From a virus (Duplodnaviria > Heunggongvirae > Uroviricota > Caudoviricetes), in the IMG/VR virus record IMGVR_UViG_3300037789_000070, positions 138,576 to 202,575 of that record: a stretch of 64,000 nt of DNA; one strand, given 5' to 3'. The notes beneath the pieces were generated by a model, which saw only the letters and a list, made by a program, of their open reading frames with translations, searched no databases and was not told the origin of the DNA. Position 1 is the stretch's first letter, and each line of letters starts with the position of its first letter. The position numbers and the translations under genes were made by a program. This document shows, piece after piece, positions 55,688 to 64,000 of the stretch.

Positions 55688-56152
55688 ATGTTCCGTTCAG
55701 ACCGCGACAATCAGCGAAACAAAGTGTATAAATGGGAAAATCACATGTTTCCGGGACTTTACACGCCTTCTCTTACAAAGAAGGAAGTTGTCCAACTAGC
55801 ACACATTCTAAGTGATGGAACTGTTGAGGTAACATTTCGTAAAACTAAAACTGCTTTTGCTGATGGTTGGCGTGTCAATCTCCCTTCATGGGCACATAAT
55901 CCGGTAATTCTGGCTCATGAAATTGCTCATACAAAAGTCCATTATAGCTATGCTGATCATGGGCCAGAGTTCATGGAAGTTTACGGAAAATACCTTTGTG
56001 CAATGGGTTTGATCACTCCTACTCGTTTCATGACCACTACGGTTGACATGGGAGTAGATTACGGCCATATTCCCAAAGAGTATGACATTCATTATTCTAA
56101 GCTTCGTAACCGCCTTAAGGGCAATGAACACCTGATCAAACTTCATTATTAG
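55688..56152 (+). CDS. putative zinc metallopeptidase (HExxH)
   Basis: VILAHEIAHTKVHY, with downstream H/E candidates (ADHGPEF). Confidence 0.5.
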   Translation: MFRSDRDNQRNKVYKWENHMFPGLYTPSLTKKEVVQLAHILSDGTVEVTFRKTKTAFADGWRVNLPSWAHNPVILAHEIAHTKVHYSYADHGPEFMEVYGKYLCAMGLITPTRFMTTTVDMGVDYGHIPKEYDIHYSKLRNRLKGNEHLIKLHY

Positions 56153-56163
56153 GAAATGAAACT

Positions 56164-56394
56164 ATGTTTAAGGATATCAATCAGTTTGAGGCCCTTGAAA
56201 AAGGGGTCAAAATGGTCTTTGACATTGCCGCAATTATTGATAAGGAAGCAATAGAATACGAAGACGATAAAGATGAAAATCTCTTAGAGAGACGGTTAAA
56301 GGCCTTGAAGTTGGCATCTGATATTGTCGTATACTTAATCAGTAATGATGTTGCGGCTGGGGAATCCTATGAAAAGTCAAAAGAAAAAGCCTGA
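56164..56394 (+). CDS. hypothetical small protein (76 aa)
   Basis: ORF. Confidence 0.4.
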   Translation: MFKDINQFEALEKGVKMVFDIAAIIDKEAIEYEDDKDENLLERRLKALKLASDIVVYLISNDVAAGESYEKSKEKA

Positions 56395-56422
56395 ACCTAA
56401 TAAAATGTAACCGTGCTGTTGG

Positions 56423-57109
56423 TTACTGGTTTAAGGCCGGTTCAGAGTCTAGATATCTTTTGACGTGTTTTCTGGCCAGATCTCTTCCGGTAGTATCTGC
56501 CCATTCTTCCATATGAACAAGTGCTCTTCGTATAGCTCTTACCATAGATCTTCTGCCAAGAGCGGTTTTTGAATCATATGTTCCGATTTCAGCACTAGAG
56601 ATATATTCATTCAGTTCTTTACTAAAAATATCTTTCATTTTATCAGTAATATTTTGAACTTCGTTTATACTTTCTATTCTCTTAATGTATTTTCTTTTAA
56701 AAATTCCTAAGAACTTCTTATGCTTATACTTTCCACCTTGGTTTGATCTAATGGTACCTTCGTCATCTTTTACCGTGGTCGCTGTTGCGTAGATGTAACC
56801 GGCAGATCGAATTAGATCATCTACTTTTAAGTCATAACGGACATCAGCATAATCCATCCCCATTGCGTCAACCATGGCTTTGGGAACTTCATATCTACTA
56901 TCGTACCAGACTTTATACATCACGTGCGCTGTCATATTTTCTAACAGATATTCTTTAATTTCAGAAATATCTTGAGGGTCCGAAGTCTCTCTCCATTCGT
57001 CCTCATCATGATATACTCCAGAACCAATTACCGCCTCATCAACGGTCTCAGTCTCTTTATCGATAGTTTCTAAGAGGTTTATAGTTTTTCTTGTATCATT
57101 AGATGACAT
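56423..57109 (-). CDS. hypothetical protein (228 aa)
   Basis: ORF. Confidence 0.5.
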   Translation of the reverse strand: MSSNDTRKTINLLETIDKETETVDEAVIGSGVYHDEDEWRETSDPQDISEIKEYLLENMTAHVMYKVWYDSRYEVPKAMVDAMGMDYADVRYDLKVDDLIRSAGYIYATATTVKDDEGTIRSNQGGKYKHKKFLGIFKRKYIKRIESINEVQNITDKMKDIFSKELNEYISSAEIGTYDSKTALGRRSMVRAIRRALVHMEEWADTTGRDLARKHVKRYLDSEPALNQ

Positions 57110-57245
57110 GACAAATTTCCTTCAATCGGCTTTATTGACTATATTTACATCAACAAAGTCAAAAAGAATTCCTTTTGACTTTACAAATCATGACCAATCT
57201 AATATAGTAGATTGAGATATCACATCATTATGGGATACATTGACA

Positions 57246-57863
57246 ATGAAATACGGCAGAACATATCATTTGAAGTCTTCGCCCGGTGCTACCCGAGACG
57301 ACAAGATCATTGAAACCGTGGATCATCTCTATGGCCATGAAGTGGTGGTGACGGAAAAGATGGATGGAGAAAATACCACCATCAATTCTACTGGCTGTCA
57401 CGCTAGGAGTGAAGATTCTCGTTATCACCCATCCAGAGATTGGATTAAGGGTTTTGCAGCATCAATTTCTCCCAAAATTGGAACTCCTGATTTAAAGATT
57501 GTCGGTGAATATCTCTATGCGCGTCACTCAATTGTATATGAAGAATTACCATCATATTTCCTAGGGTTCGCCGTTTCGGTTTTTGACGTCTTTTATGACT
57601 GGCCAATGACTTTGGCCATGTTCAACTATTATGGGGTTGAACATGTTCCTACGATTTATGAAGGCATTTTCACATCAGAAAAAGAACGTGAAATTATCAA
57701 TTCTATGAATTTCACAAAGCAAGAAGGCTTTGTCGTTCGTAGGAAGGATTGTTTTTCAAGGGACGAAATGAATACACATATAGCAAAATATGTGCGTGCT
57801 AATCACGTAACAACTGATGAACATTGGATGCACAAAGAGATCATTAAAAACGATCTTAAATAA
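57246..57863 (+). CDS. ATP-dependent RNA ligase, Rnl2-like nucleotidyltransferase domain
   Basis: Motif I VVVTEKMDGEN (KxDG; compare T4 Rnl2 EKIHGTN), motif III VGEYLYARH, motif IV EGFVVRRKD, motif V KYVRANH. N-terminal KYGRTYHL as in the Rnl2 family. The track start 57240 is TTG; the ATG at 57246 was used. Confidence 0.65.
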   Translation: MKYGRTYHLKSSPGATRDDKIIETVDHLYGHEVVVTEKMDGENTTINSTGCHARSEDSRYHPSRDWIKGFAASISPKIGTPDLKIVGEYLYARHSIVYEELPSYFLGFAVSVFDVFYDWPMTLAMFNYYGVEHVPTIYEGIFTSEKEREIINSMNFTKQEGFVVRRKDCFSRDEMNTHIAKYVRANHVTTDEHWMHKEIIKNDLK

Positions 57864-57894
57864 AAAAGAGCGGGACCAAAATCCCGCTCTTTTC
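57862..57894. terminator. bidirectional intrinsic terminator between convergent genes
   Basis: AAAAAGAGCGGGA-CCAAAA-TCCCGCTCTTTT. Confidence 0.8.
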
Positions 57895-57916
57895 ACTCTA
57901 ACTTGAATTTTCAAGC

Positions 57917-58339
57917 TTATGAGTTCTGAGTTACCCCATTGACCTTTACGGTGATGCCGGAGCACCATGCAGTAGCAGCGACAAAGGCAGTTGCCAAGTC
58001 ATATGCATTTGGACGGTCAGCCGAAGTATCCCAAGGGGCCTTGCCCTCAGAGTTATCGTCAAACATTTCCTGAACTTCATACTTAAGAGTAACGACATTA
58101 TCGCCACTAGAAGCAACAGAAACAGTCTGTCCATACTGCTGGAAGTACTGAACTAGTTCAGAAAAACGCTGATGACGGGTCTGGTCATCGGTGTCTTCGT
58201 CATTGTATGCACCAAGGTCAGCAGCAGCCTTCATTGGCGTGGTTGTTGGTGCAACACCAGCAGTTACGGTTAGTTCAACGGTATCGAACGGACCATTGCC
58301 CCCAAGATCGTGGGGGAAGTTTAGATTTTTGTAAGCCAT
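57917..58339 (-). CDS. hypothetical protein (140 aa)
   Basis: ORF. Confidence 0.5.
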   Translation of the reverse strand: MAYKNLNFPHDLGGNGPFDTVELTVTAGVAPTTTPMKAAADLGAYNDEDTDDQTRHQRFSELVQYFQQYGQTVSVASSGDNVVTLKYEVQEMFDDNSEGKAPWDTSADRPNAYDLATAFVAATAWCSGITVKVNGVTQNS

Positions 58340-58340
58340 G

Positions 58341-58568
58341 TTATAATCTCCTAATAGTTGGCTTCTCTACATCGTCAAGAACACCTTTACGGCGTCTTCT
58401 ACGTGTGGGAGAAGATTTCCTACTTTTCGGACTATTGGAGGAACGCTCACTTTGTCCGACTGCCGTTGAGGCGGCAATACCACCAACAGAGGTGGCCCCC
58501 GCCGAAGCATCTTCCTCAAGACGTACTATCTCAAGGAAATATTCTTTTAGGCTCTTTTTCCCACTCAT
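58341..58568 (-). CDS. hypothetical small protein with R/K/S-rich tail
   Basis: ORF. Contains RRRRRK. Confidence 0.45.
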   Translation of the reverse strand: MSGKKSLKEYFLEIVRLEEDASAGATSVGGIAASTAVGQSERSSNSPKSRKSSPTRRRRRKGVLDDVEKPTIRRL

Positions 58569-58570
58569 AT

Positions 58571-59365
58571 TTACACTTTTCTTTCAGAAAGTGCCTCAAG
58601 AGGCAAAGGAATTACATTTTCTCCATAACAACCCGGATTTTCAATCAATTCCATGTAGACCGTTTTTTCTTTACGATATACATCATTTCTTTCCTTATGT
58701 GCATAATAGATCATATTTGGAATTTCATAAATTTTATTTAAAACCCATTCGGGATCTTCACTTTTAACCACCAGTTTATTCCAGATTGTGTCTGAAGCAA
58801 CCTTCCCCTCGGAATCGATATAGTGACTTCTACCCCGAACCATCATTCCTGATGAAGTTGAAGATATAGATAGAATTGTTTCTAAGAGATTTTTTTCTAT
58901 CTCCTGATAAAGTACATATTGAAATCCCAGTTCTCCAGAAGATTTAATTGGACTTCCAAGTTTAATAAGTCCTTCAAAGCCACCCTCTTTTAATTTTTTC
59001 TGGACATTGTGTGCTACTTTATAAAAACTAGCTACTCGTTTAATATTCGTTTCGATTAATGAAATTATTTGATTATTAATGTCTGAATGAGAATCTAGAT
59101 GATATTCTTGAGAACTTAAGAACACTTCCGCATTAATAACTTCGTCTTTAAGACCGGGGGTAACATCTACAATAATAATGCCTGAATCATGTGAAAAGAT
59201 ATTAATTAGGCATGTTGTGGTTTTAGAAACATCTAGTCTACATTCCCATATCTTAGTATCTTTATCTGCAATTTCGATATTAAATCCCCTGCGTTTTGCA
59301 TAATTTAAAACGCAGTCTTTGGCTTCGTCAAAGTCTATTTGTGAAAAGGGAATATCATCCATCAT
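58571..59365 (-). CDS. hypothetical protein (264 aa)
   Basis: ORF. Confidence 0.5.
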   Translation of the reverse strand: MMDDIPFSQIDFDEAKDCVLNYAKRRGFNIEIADKDTKIWECRLDVSKTTTCLINIFSHDSGIIIVDVTPGLKDEVINAEVFLSSQEYHLDSHSDINNQIISLIETNIKRVASFYKVAHNVQKKLKEGGFEGLIKLGSPIKSSGELGFQYVLYQEIEKNLLETILSISSTSSGMMVRGRSHYIDSEGKVASDTIWNKLVVKSEDPEWVLNKIYEIPNMIYYAHKERNDVYRKEKTVYMELIENPGCYGENVIPLPLEALSERKV

Positions 59366-59366
59366 A

Positions 59367-59606
59367 TTATTTAAGGTTTTCCTTATTCAAGAGAACATTT
59401 AATACTTCTTCATCTTCAACAATAAACAATGCAGTTGCAGGTTTATCTTTCTGTTTTGCAGTATAATCGAACTCTTTCAATACACCCTGCTTTTCTAATT
59501 CTCTTTTAACTCTATAAATTGCTTTTCTTTTTTCAGCGTTTTCTGAAATTATATTGACCGTAGTGTCTAACTTAATTTCATTATAATATTCTCGAAGACT
59601 TTTCAT
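59367..59606 (-). CDS. hypothetical protein (79 aa)
   Basis: ORF in a tight operon. Confidence 0.45.
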   Translation of the reverse strand: MKSLREYYNEIKLDTTVNIISENAEKRKAIYRVKRELEKQGVLKEFDYTAKQKDKPATALFIVEDEEVLNVLLNKENLK

Positions 59607-59867
59607 TTAAATCTCTCTTTCTAATTTTTTAACTTTGTTTAAACCTCTTTGAAATTTCCTGTAATCATTTGTTTTGGCAGCATTTAAGAATCTTTTAACC
59701 AGATCATTAGCTGTCTCTTCATCAAATTCTTTTTGAATATAGTCGAATAATTTTATAACAGAGGAAAACGCATTAGCTCCACGAACCTCTAAAACTCGCA
59801 GAGGGTCCTTTTTGGGAGAAAGGCCTTGAATTTCTTCTAGTAATGATCCAACTTTTCTATCGGTCAT
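59607..59867 (-). CDS. hypothetical protein (86 aa)
   Basis: ORF in a tight operon. Confidence 0.45.
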   Translation of the reverse strand: MTDRKVGSLLEEIQGLSPKKDPLRVLEVRGANAFSSVIKLFDYIQKEFDEETANDLVKRFLNAAKTNDYRKFQRGLNKVKKLEREI

Positions 59868-60112
59868 TACTTACTCTTATCTGAGTTGAGCCACCTGACA
59901 AATTTTTTTGCCTCTAAATTACTATTAAAAGCAAACGCCATCTTATCACCAAGCTTCTTAACTTTAATTACACTAGTAGTACTTCTAGAAGCCCATCTAT
60001 CAATTTTCGGACGATCTTCCAATAAAGACATAGATTCCAACACGACAATAGAACGTCTATGGAACGTCTCACTTTTTGGTTTAGATGTTATTTTTTGTCC
60101 ATATATCTTCAT
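59867..60112 (-). CDS. hypothetical protein (81 aa)
   Basis: ORF in a tight operon. Confidence 0.45.
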   Translation of the reverse strand: MKIYGQKITSKPKSETFHRRSIVVLESMSLLEDRPKIDRWASRSTTSVIKVKKLGDKMAFAFNSNLEAKKFVRWLNSDKSK

Positions 60113-60120
60113 AGTAATAT

Positions 60121-61488
60121 TTATGTTCCCGGTGATTGCTTTATTTTCTTAGTGATTTCTTCTAGTCGATTGATAGACGTAATTGATCCGCCGTCTCCTG
60201 TAATTTTTTTAGGAGAAACGCCAGAGGATTTACTTTTCTTATTCAACTCTGTTAATTCATCTTCTGTCGGATCTCTATATCTCAAAGAAGCAGGATTATA
60301 TTTCAAAAAGAAGGACTTTCCCAAACCGTCTGACGTTCTTGTTTTCAATGCGGTGAATTTATAAGCATCGCGTTCTTTAAGCTTTTCATCTCGATAAATT
60401 GAGAAAAAGTTATGGGCAGTATTCGCCTTGGATATACCACCTGCGGTCATTCCCAAGTGTTGCTCTTCTTCGCCAATAGAACTTCTGCCAAGTTGTGAAG
60501 CTGTAAAACCGATAACATCATTATCTTCGAGATATTGAGTCAAATCTTCTGAAACATATTTGTCCTTCAAGAATAGATTATTGATATCAACGCTTGAATT
60601 TTTTGGACACATCAAATCCATGTAATCGATTATGAGAACTGTAGGACCAAACCCATGCTTTATTTCAATTTCTCTGATGTATGATTCTATACCCCTGATA
60701 GAAGTTTCATTTTTCGGCATTACTTTGATCCAAAGTTCGCCAGCATTTTTGCTCTTCATCTTAATTGTCTTGTCAACTTTATCGATGTTTGCAAAAATAT
60801 CTTTGAAAGCAATACCTGTGATCATAGAATCGAAACGCTTAGCAATAAGCTTTTCGCTCAACTCAAGACTGATATAGACAACGTTATGGCCGCTCTCCAT
60901 AAAGTTTAATGCTAGATTGGATAAAGTGTAACTTTTACCAGCACCCGGACCACCAGCGAAAAGCGTTAACGTTCCGGGTTCTACCCCACCAAAAAGAAGA
61001 TAATCTAAAGAACGAAAGCCTGTAGAAACATTAGAGACTTCCATCATTTTCTCAAGACGCTTTTTTGGCTCTTCGAAATATCTAAGACCCATATCCCTGT
61101 GTAAAGATAACATAACTGCATCTTTAATGGGGTCTACAATACCATCAACCTGACCGGAAGCAATTTTATCACCGGCCCATGTAACCGCTTCAATAACTTT
61201 TTGAATTCTACAATAATTTTCTACTTCGTCTAAAACCCATTTAACTCGTTTGGGGTCAGATGCATCATCTTTCTTTTCAAGTTTGACTCCGGTTTCCGCC
61301 ATGATCATTTCTGGACTAGGGAGTCTGTGATAATCATCAGCATGGGACATCATGAAATTTAGGGCCTTCCCTAAATCCATATCGAAAAAGGTTGGACTCA
61401 AAATAGGCTGAGAAAGAGTGAACGTTTCTTCTGCGCTTAAGAGATATTCCAGTAATAGTTTTTGTTTTTCGTGACTATCGTTAAGCAA
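60121..61488 (-). CDS. replicative DNA helicase (DnaB / T4 gp41-like)
   Basis: Walker A LTLFAGGPGAGKSYTLSNLA. DnaB-like N-terminal domain. RecA-like core with H4/arginine-finger region. Confidence 0.85.
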   Translation of the reverse strand: MLNDSHEKQKLLLEYLLSAEETFTLSQPILSPTFFDMDLGKALNFMMSHADDYHRLPSPEMIMAETGVKLEKKDDASDPKRVKWVLDEVENYCRIQKVIEAVTWAGDKIASGQVDGIVDPIKDAVMLSLHRDMGLRYFEEPKKRLEKMMEVSNVSTGFRSLDYLLFGGVEPGTLTLFAGGPGAGKSYTLSNLALNFMESGHNVVYISLELSEKLIAKRFDSMITGIAFKDIFANIDKVDKTIKMKSKNAGELWIKVMPKNETSIRGIESYIREIEIKHGFGPTVLIIDYMDLMCPKNSSVDINNLFLKDKYVSEDLTQYLEDNDVIGFTASQLGRSSIGEEEQHLGMTAGGISKANTAHNFFSIYRDEKLKERDAYKFTALKTRTSDGLGKSFFLKYNPASLRYRDPTEDELTELNKKSKSSGVSPKKITGDGGSITSINRLEEITKKIKQSPGT

Positions 61489-61494
61489 CGGTCA

Positions 61495-62508
61495 TCAGCC
61501 TTTCATAGACAGTTTCAATTTAGCAGTAAGATAATTCTTTGTAGCACCCTTAACGACGCTTTCGATTGTATATAACCTACCATAACGATTTACAGCTTCT
61601 GTCGCATCTTTAACATTTCGATCCCATTTAGGAAGTGAAACATACCAATTATTTTCTTCTGCTATTTCTACATAGTTTAGTCCACTACGTTCCATATCCG
61701 GAAGGATTATTTTTTGACGCCCACATAAGTTTAAAAATAACTTCTGCTTATCAGTCATAGAACTGTTTCTACAGGCCATTCCATCTAACACTATTGCATC
61801 CATCACACCTTCTGTTACGATCACGCTCCTAGCCGGTCCATCCAGATCAACTTTATCTTGTCCAAAGATATAATCTGATGGACACGGACCAAAGAACCTA
61901 TTTTTGTCTTCAGGAAGAACACTTCGTGCCAGATAACCAACAACGCTGTCGAAATGTTTATATGGTATGATTAAATGATTGGGGAATTTTGGAGACCATT
62001 TAAAATCATATGATATCGCAACCTCTTCGCCCCTCCCTATCAAGTAATCCAAAACTCGTTCATATTTTTTGTCAGTAACGAATTTTCCGGGGTCTAATAT
62101 AGAAACGGTATCATCAGGAAGATTTTCTCTGGGAAAATTAAGTACTGGCTTTTCTTTAGTCTCATTCTTGATCAAATCACCCCGTTTGGTGAAATGATCC
62201 GCCTGCATCATAGTAAAGCGACTTGGAAGGTCGGAAGGATTACCACCCAATAACTGAAACAATTCCCGTGGCCGTCCACCTAAGCCGCTGCCCGGTTCCC
62301 ATCCTGTATTTTGAGAATTGAAATCACAACCACCATTAAAACACCTGTAGCGAAATCCTCCTGTGGAAGTCATCAGGAACCCACCACGTCCCCGAGTGTC
62401 ACCACATGATGGACAATTAAAATTGTACCATCCCCTAGCAGTCTTATTGTAACTATTAGGTAGGACATCAACAAAGGCGTCTAAAATTTTTTGATCGAGA
62501 TTTTCCAT
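61495..62508 (-). CDS. DNA primase (zinc-ribbon plus Toprim; DnaG / T4 gp61-like)
   Basis: NFNCPSCGD...RYRCFNGGCDF gives a Cys4 zinc ribbon. Toprim VIVTEGVMDAIVL. Confidence 0.8.
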   Translation of the reverse strand: MENLDQKILDAFVDVLPNSYNKTARGWYNFNCPSCGDTRGRGGFLMTSTGGFRYRCFNGGCDFNSQNTGWEPGSGLGGRPRELFQLLGGNPSDLPSRFTMMQADHFTKRGDLIKNETKEKPVLNFPRENLPDDTVSILDPGKFVTDKKYERVLDYLIGRGEEVAISYDFKWSPKFPNHLIIPYKHFDSVVGYLARSVLPEDKNRFFGPCPSDYIFGQDKVDLDGPARSVIVTEGVMDAIVLDGMACRNSSMTDKQKLFLNLCGRQKIILPDMERSGLNYVEIAEENNWYVSLPKWDRNVKDATEAVNRYGRLYTIESVVKGATKNYLTAKLKLSMKG

Positions 62509-62574
62509 GTACTTTTACAATATAGTTCAAACCAAGCTTCACAAAAAGTAAGATTTTAGACCATAAATAAACAC

Positions 62575-63096
62575 ATGAATACGCAGATCGGTAGTAGAAA
62601 GTCTACCTATACGGTAATTAAAAACATTCCTAGAATTCCCGTTGATGCCAAAGGGAGACAAGGTAGAGCCGCTACTGGTTCTATAACTATAACTCCGGGC
62701 ATGGCAGAAGCCATGGAATTTGTCTGGGGGGACATGGACGGTCTACCAATATCATTTGTAGGAGCAAAAGTGGTCTTAGTCTTCTGGACTAATCAATATG
62801 ACAAAGAAACTCATGAACTAGAAGACAATAGACTTAGTGATGTAGTTGTTTTGAAACGTATAAGCCCCGATGATCCCTATGCTTCAACAACCACATTCAC
62901 ACTGACCCCAGGAGACACTTTCAAAATTGGTCAAGCTGCCACAAACGGAACTGGTGTTTCTTGGGGCATTTACTTGGAAACGACAGATGGAAATTGGCCT
63001 GCTGCCGTAAAGACGGATGGCTCTAGAGCAGGATCTGTTATTATTGATAGAATGAACAACATTCCTATTCCCGAAATTTTAAATAGTACTCCATAA
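62575..63096 (+). CDS. hypothetical protein (173 aa)
   Basis: ORF. Confidence 0.5.
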   Translation: MNTQIGSRKSTYTVIKNIPRIPVDAKGRQGRAATGSITITPGMAEAMEFVWGDMDGLPISFVGAKVVLVFWTNQYDKETHELEDNRLSDVVVLKRISPDDPYASTTTFTLTPGDTFKIGQAATNGTGVSWGIYLETTDGNWPAAVKTDGSRAGSVIIDRMNNIPIPEILNSTP

Positions 63097-63106
63097 AAAC
63101 AAAAAC

Positions 63107-63493
63107 ATGACAAATAATAAAACTGAAATAGTCAAAAAACTTGAGGCCGACTACCCATTCTTGACTTACATACGTAGGAAACAAAGTTCTACTCTCGGAA
63201 TAGTTCAAAACGTAGATAACAAAATCATGATGATTTATGATTTTAGTAGAATTCAAGATATTGAAGCCAAGAAACGTTTTTTATCTTTTGGTGAAAAATG
63301 GTGGTATGAAACCAATACTATGCATCCGATTGAAATTTACATTGGAAGGCCATTCGATGAATTCACAGAGTGTCTAGTTGGTTATTCACTCAGTGAAATT
63401 ATACAAGTTTCTGGACCATCCATAAGCTTGGATTCTCGCCTCAACAAAAAAAGAATCAAGAAACGCAGGCTTGAATTGGTCAAAGAAGTCTAG
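63107..63493 (+). CDS. hypothetical protein (128 aa)
   Basis: ORF. Confidence 0.5.
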   Translation: MTNNKTEIVKKLEADYPFLTYIRRKQSSTLGIVQNVDNKIMMIYDFSRIQDIEAKKRFLSFGEKWWYETNTMHPIEIYIGRPFDEFTECLVGYSLSEIIQVSGPSISLDSRLNKKRIKKRRLELVKEV

Positions 63494-64000
63494 ACCTTAA
63501 TTAACCCTACTTCTATAAGGCTCTGTAACTGGGCAATAATAGACACAGCGAAGGCTATAGCGTGACTTTTCTTGTAAAGGTATCCATCACCCTCTCTGAC
63601 CCAAATTCGCTCTCTGACGACCTCCCACGGCTCTCCTAGGAGGTATCTCTTACCGGGACGGATAATAGCTATAAGACATGCTAGGTCTTCTACAGACTTT
63701 GGCTCATAGGCATCAACAATATCAAAATGATTGCCCAATTGATGTAACTGAGAAACTACGTCTTCTCTGGTGAATAAGGACCAGTCCACAGGACGTTCAA
63801 TCAGTTCTCTGAGATGATCTCTATCTCTCACATACTCATAAGCATGATTTGGAATTACATCTAATTTAGTAAAGCCAAACTCTTCCGCAATATCCTCGGC
63901 TTCTTTACCGCTAGGGTATACTGCCAGACCGGTAACAGGGTCTTGTGGAATCTTTTGGAAATAAATTCCGGTAGGATGTTTCTTTAGTTTTCCTTCTACG
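63490..64000 (-). CDS. hypothetical protein, 5' end lies beyond the window (partial CDS)
   Basis: The track start at 63831 is a GTG. The frame stays open upstream to the window edge (...GKEAEDIAEEFGFTKLDVIPNHAYEYVRDRDHL...). Confidence 0.5.
   Translation of the reverse strand, partial: VEGKLKKHPTGIYFQKIPQDPVTGLAVYPSGKEAEDIAEEFGFTKLDVIPNHAYEYVRDRDHLRELIERPVDWSLFTREDVVSQLHQLGNHFDIVDAYEPKSVEDLACLIAIIRPGKRYLLGEPWEVVRERIWVREGDGYLYKKSHAIAFAVSIIAQLQSLIEVGLIKV

Noticed and set aside
56395-56422. Short hairpin GTAACC-GTGCTGTT-GGTTAC between convergent genes.
   Set aside because: Only a 6-bp stem with no flanking U-run. Too weak to call a terminator.
62509-62574. CATAAATA about 18 nt upstream of ORF 62575 as a second late promoter.
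   Set aside because: One mismatch to the strict T4 late consensus TATAAATA. Kept only as a weak possibility.
1-64000. tRNA genes, integrase/attachment sites, reverse transcriptase (a DGR targeting the fibres).
   Set aside because: No intergenic gap is longer than about 170 nt and none reads as a cloverleaf. No tyrosine/serine recombinase or RT (YxDD) motifs were seen. The only YVDD is inside paralog 3, in a non-RT context.

Overview
The window reads as one contiguous piece of a large, visibly AT-rich, virulent tailed-phage genome. It is densely coding, with overlapping, co-directional gene blocks and hairpin plus T-run terminators at strand switches. No integrase, rRNA, tRNA or CRISPR array was recognised. 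The phage call rests on three things: a T4-type topoisomerase II pair (gp52-like cleavage subunit and fused gp39/60-like ATPase-Toprim subunit), a DnaB/gp41-like helicase next to a zinc-ribbon/Toprim primase, and two giant repeat-rich tail-fibre-like genes. The fibre genes are 11.1 kb (3706 aa, + strand, preceded by a T4-late-type TATAAATA box) and 8.3 kb (2751 aa, - strand); together they fill about 30 percent of the window. Accessory content includes: (i) a tandem operon of at least eight divergent paralogs (window start to 7048) that share only a C-terminal F-D-D-x-D-T-Q-x-K-T-L-K-L-like tail; (ii) a 692-aa protein with an unmistakable C-terminal TerD domain, followed directly by a NADAR-domain protein and a CCA-adding tRNA nucleotidyltransferase, with an Rnl2-like RNA ligase elsewhere; (iii) a translationally coupled HTH/zinc-ribbon protein plus vWA (complete MIDAS) protein pair; (iv) a fusion of a diiron-carboxylate-like domain (2x ExxH) to a DHRxxDG acyltransferase domain; (v) an HD phosphohydrolase, an SPFH/band-7 lipoprotein with a small TM partner, an AAA+ ATPase, a PD-(D/E)xK nuclease and an HExxH metallopeptidase. 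Most other ORFs are hypothetical. All domain calls come from motif reading by eye and need HMM or structure confirmation. The supplied ORF track uses GTG/TTG as well as ATG starts, so several starts were moved to the nearest SD-preceded ATG.
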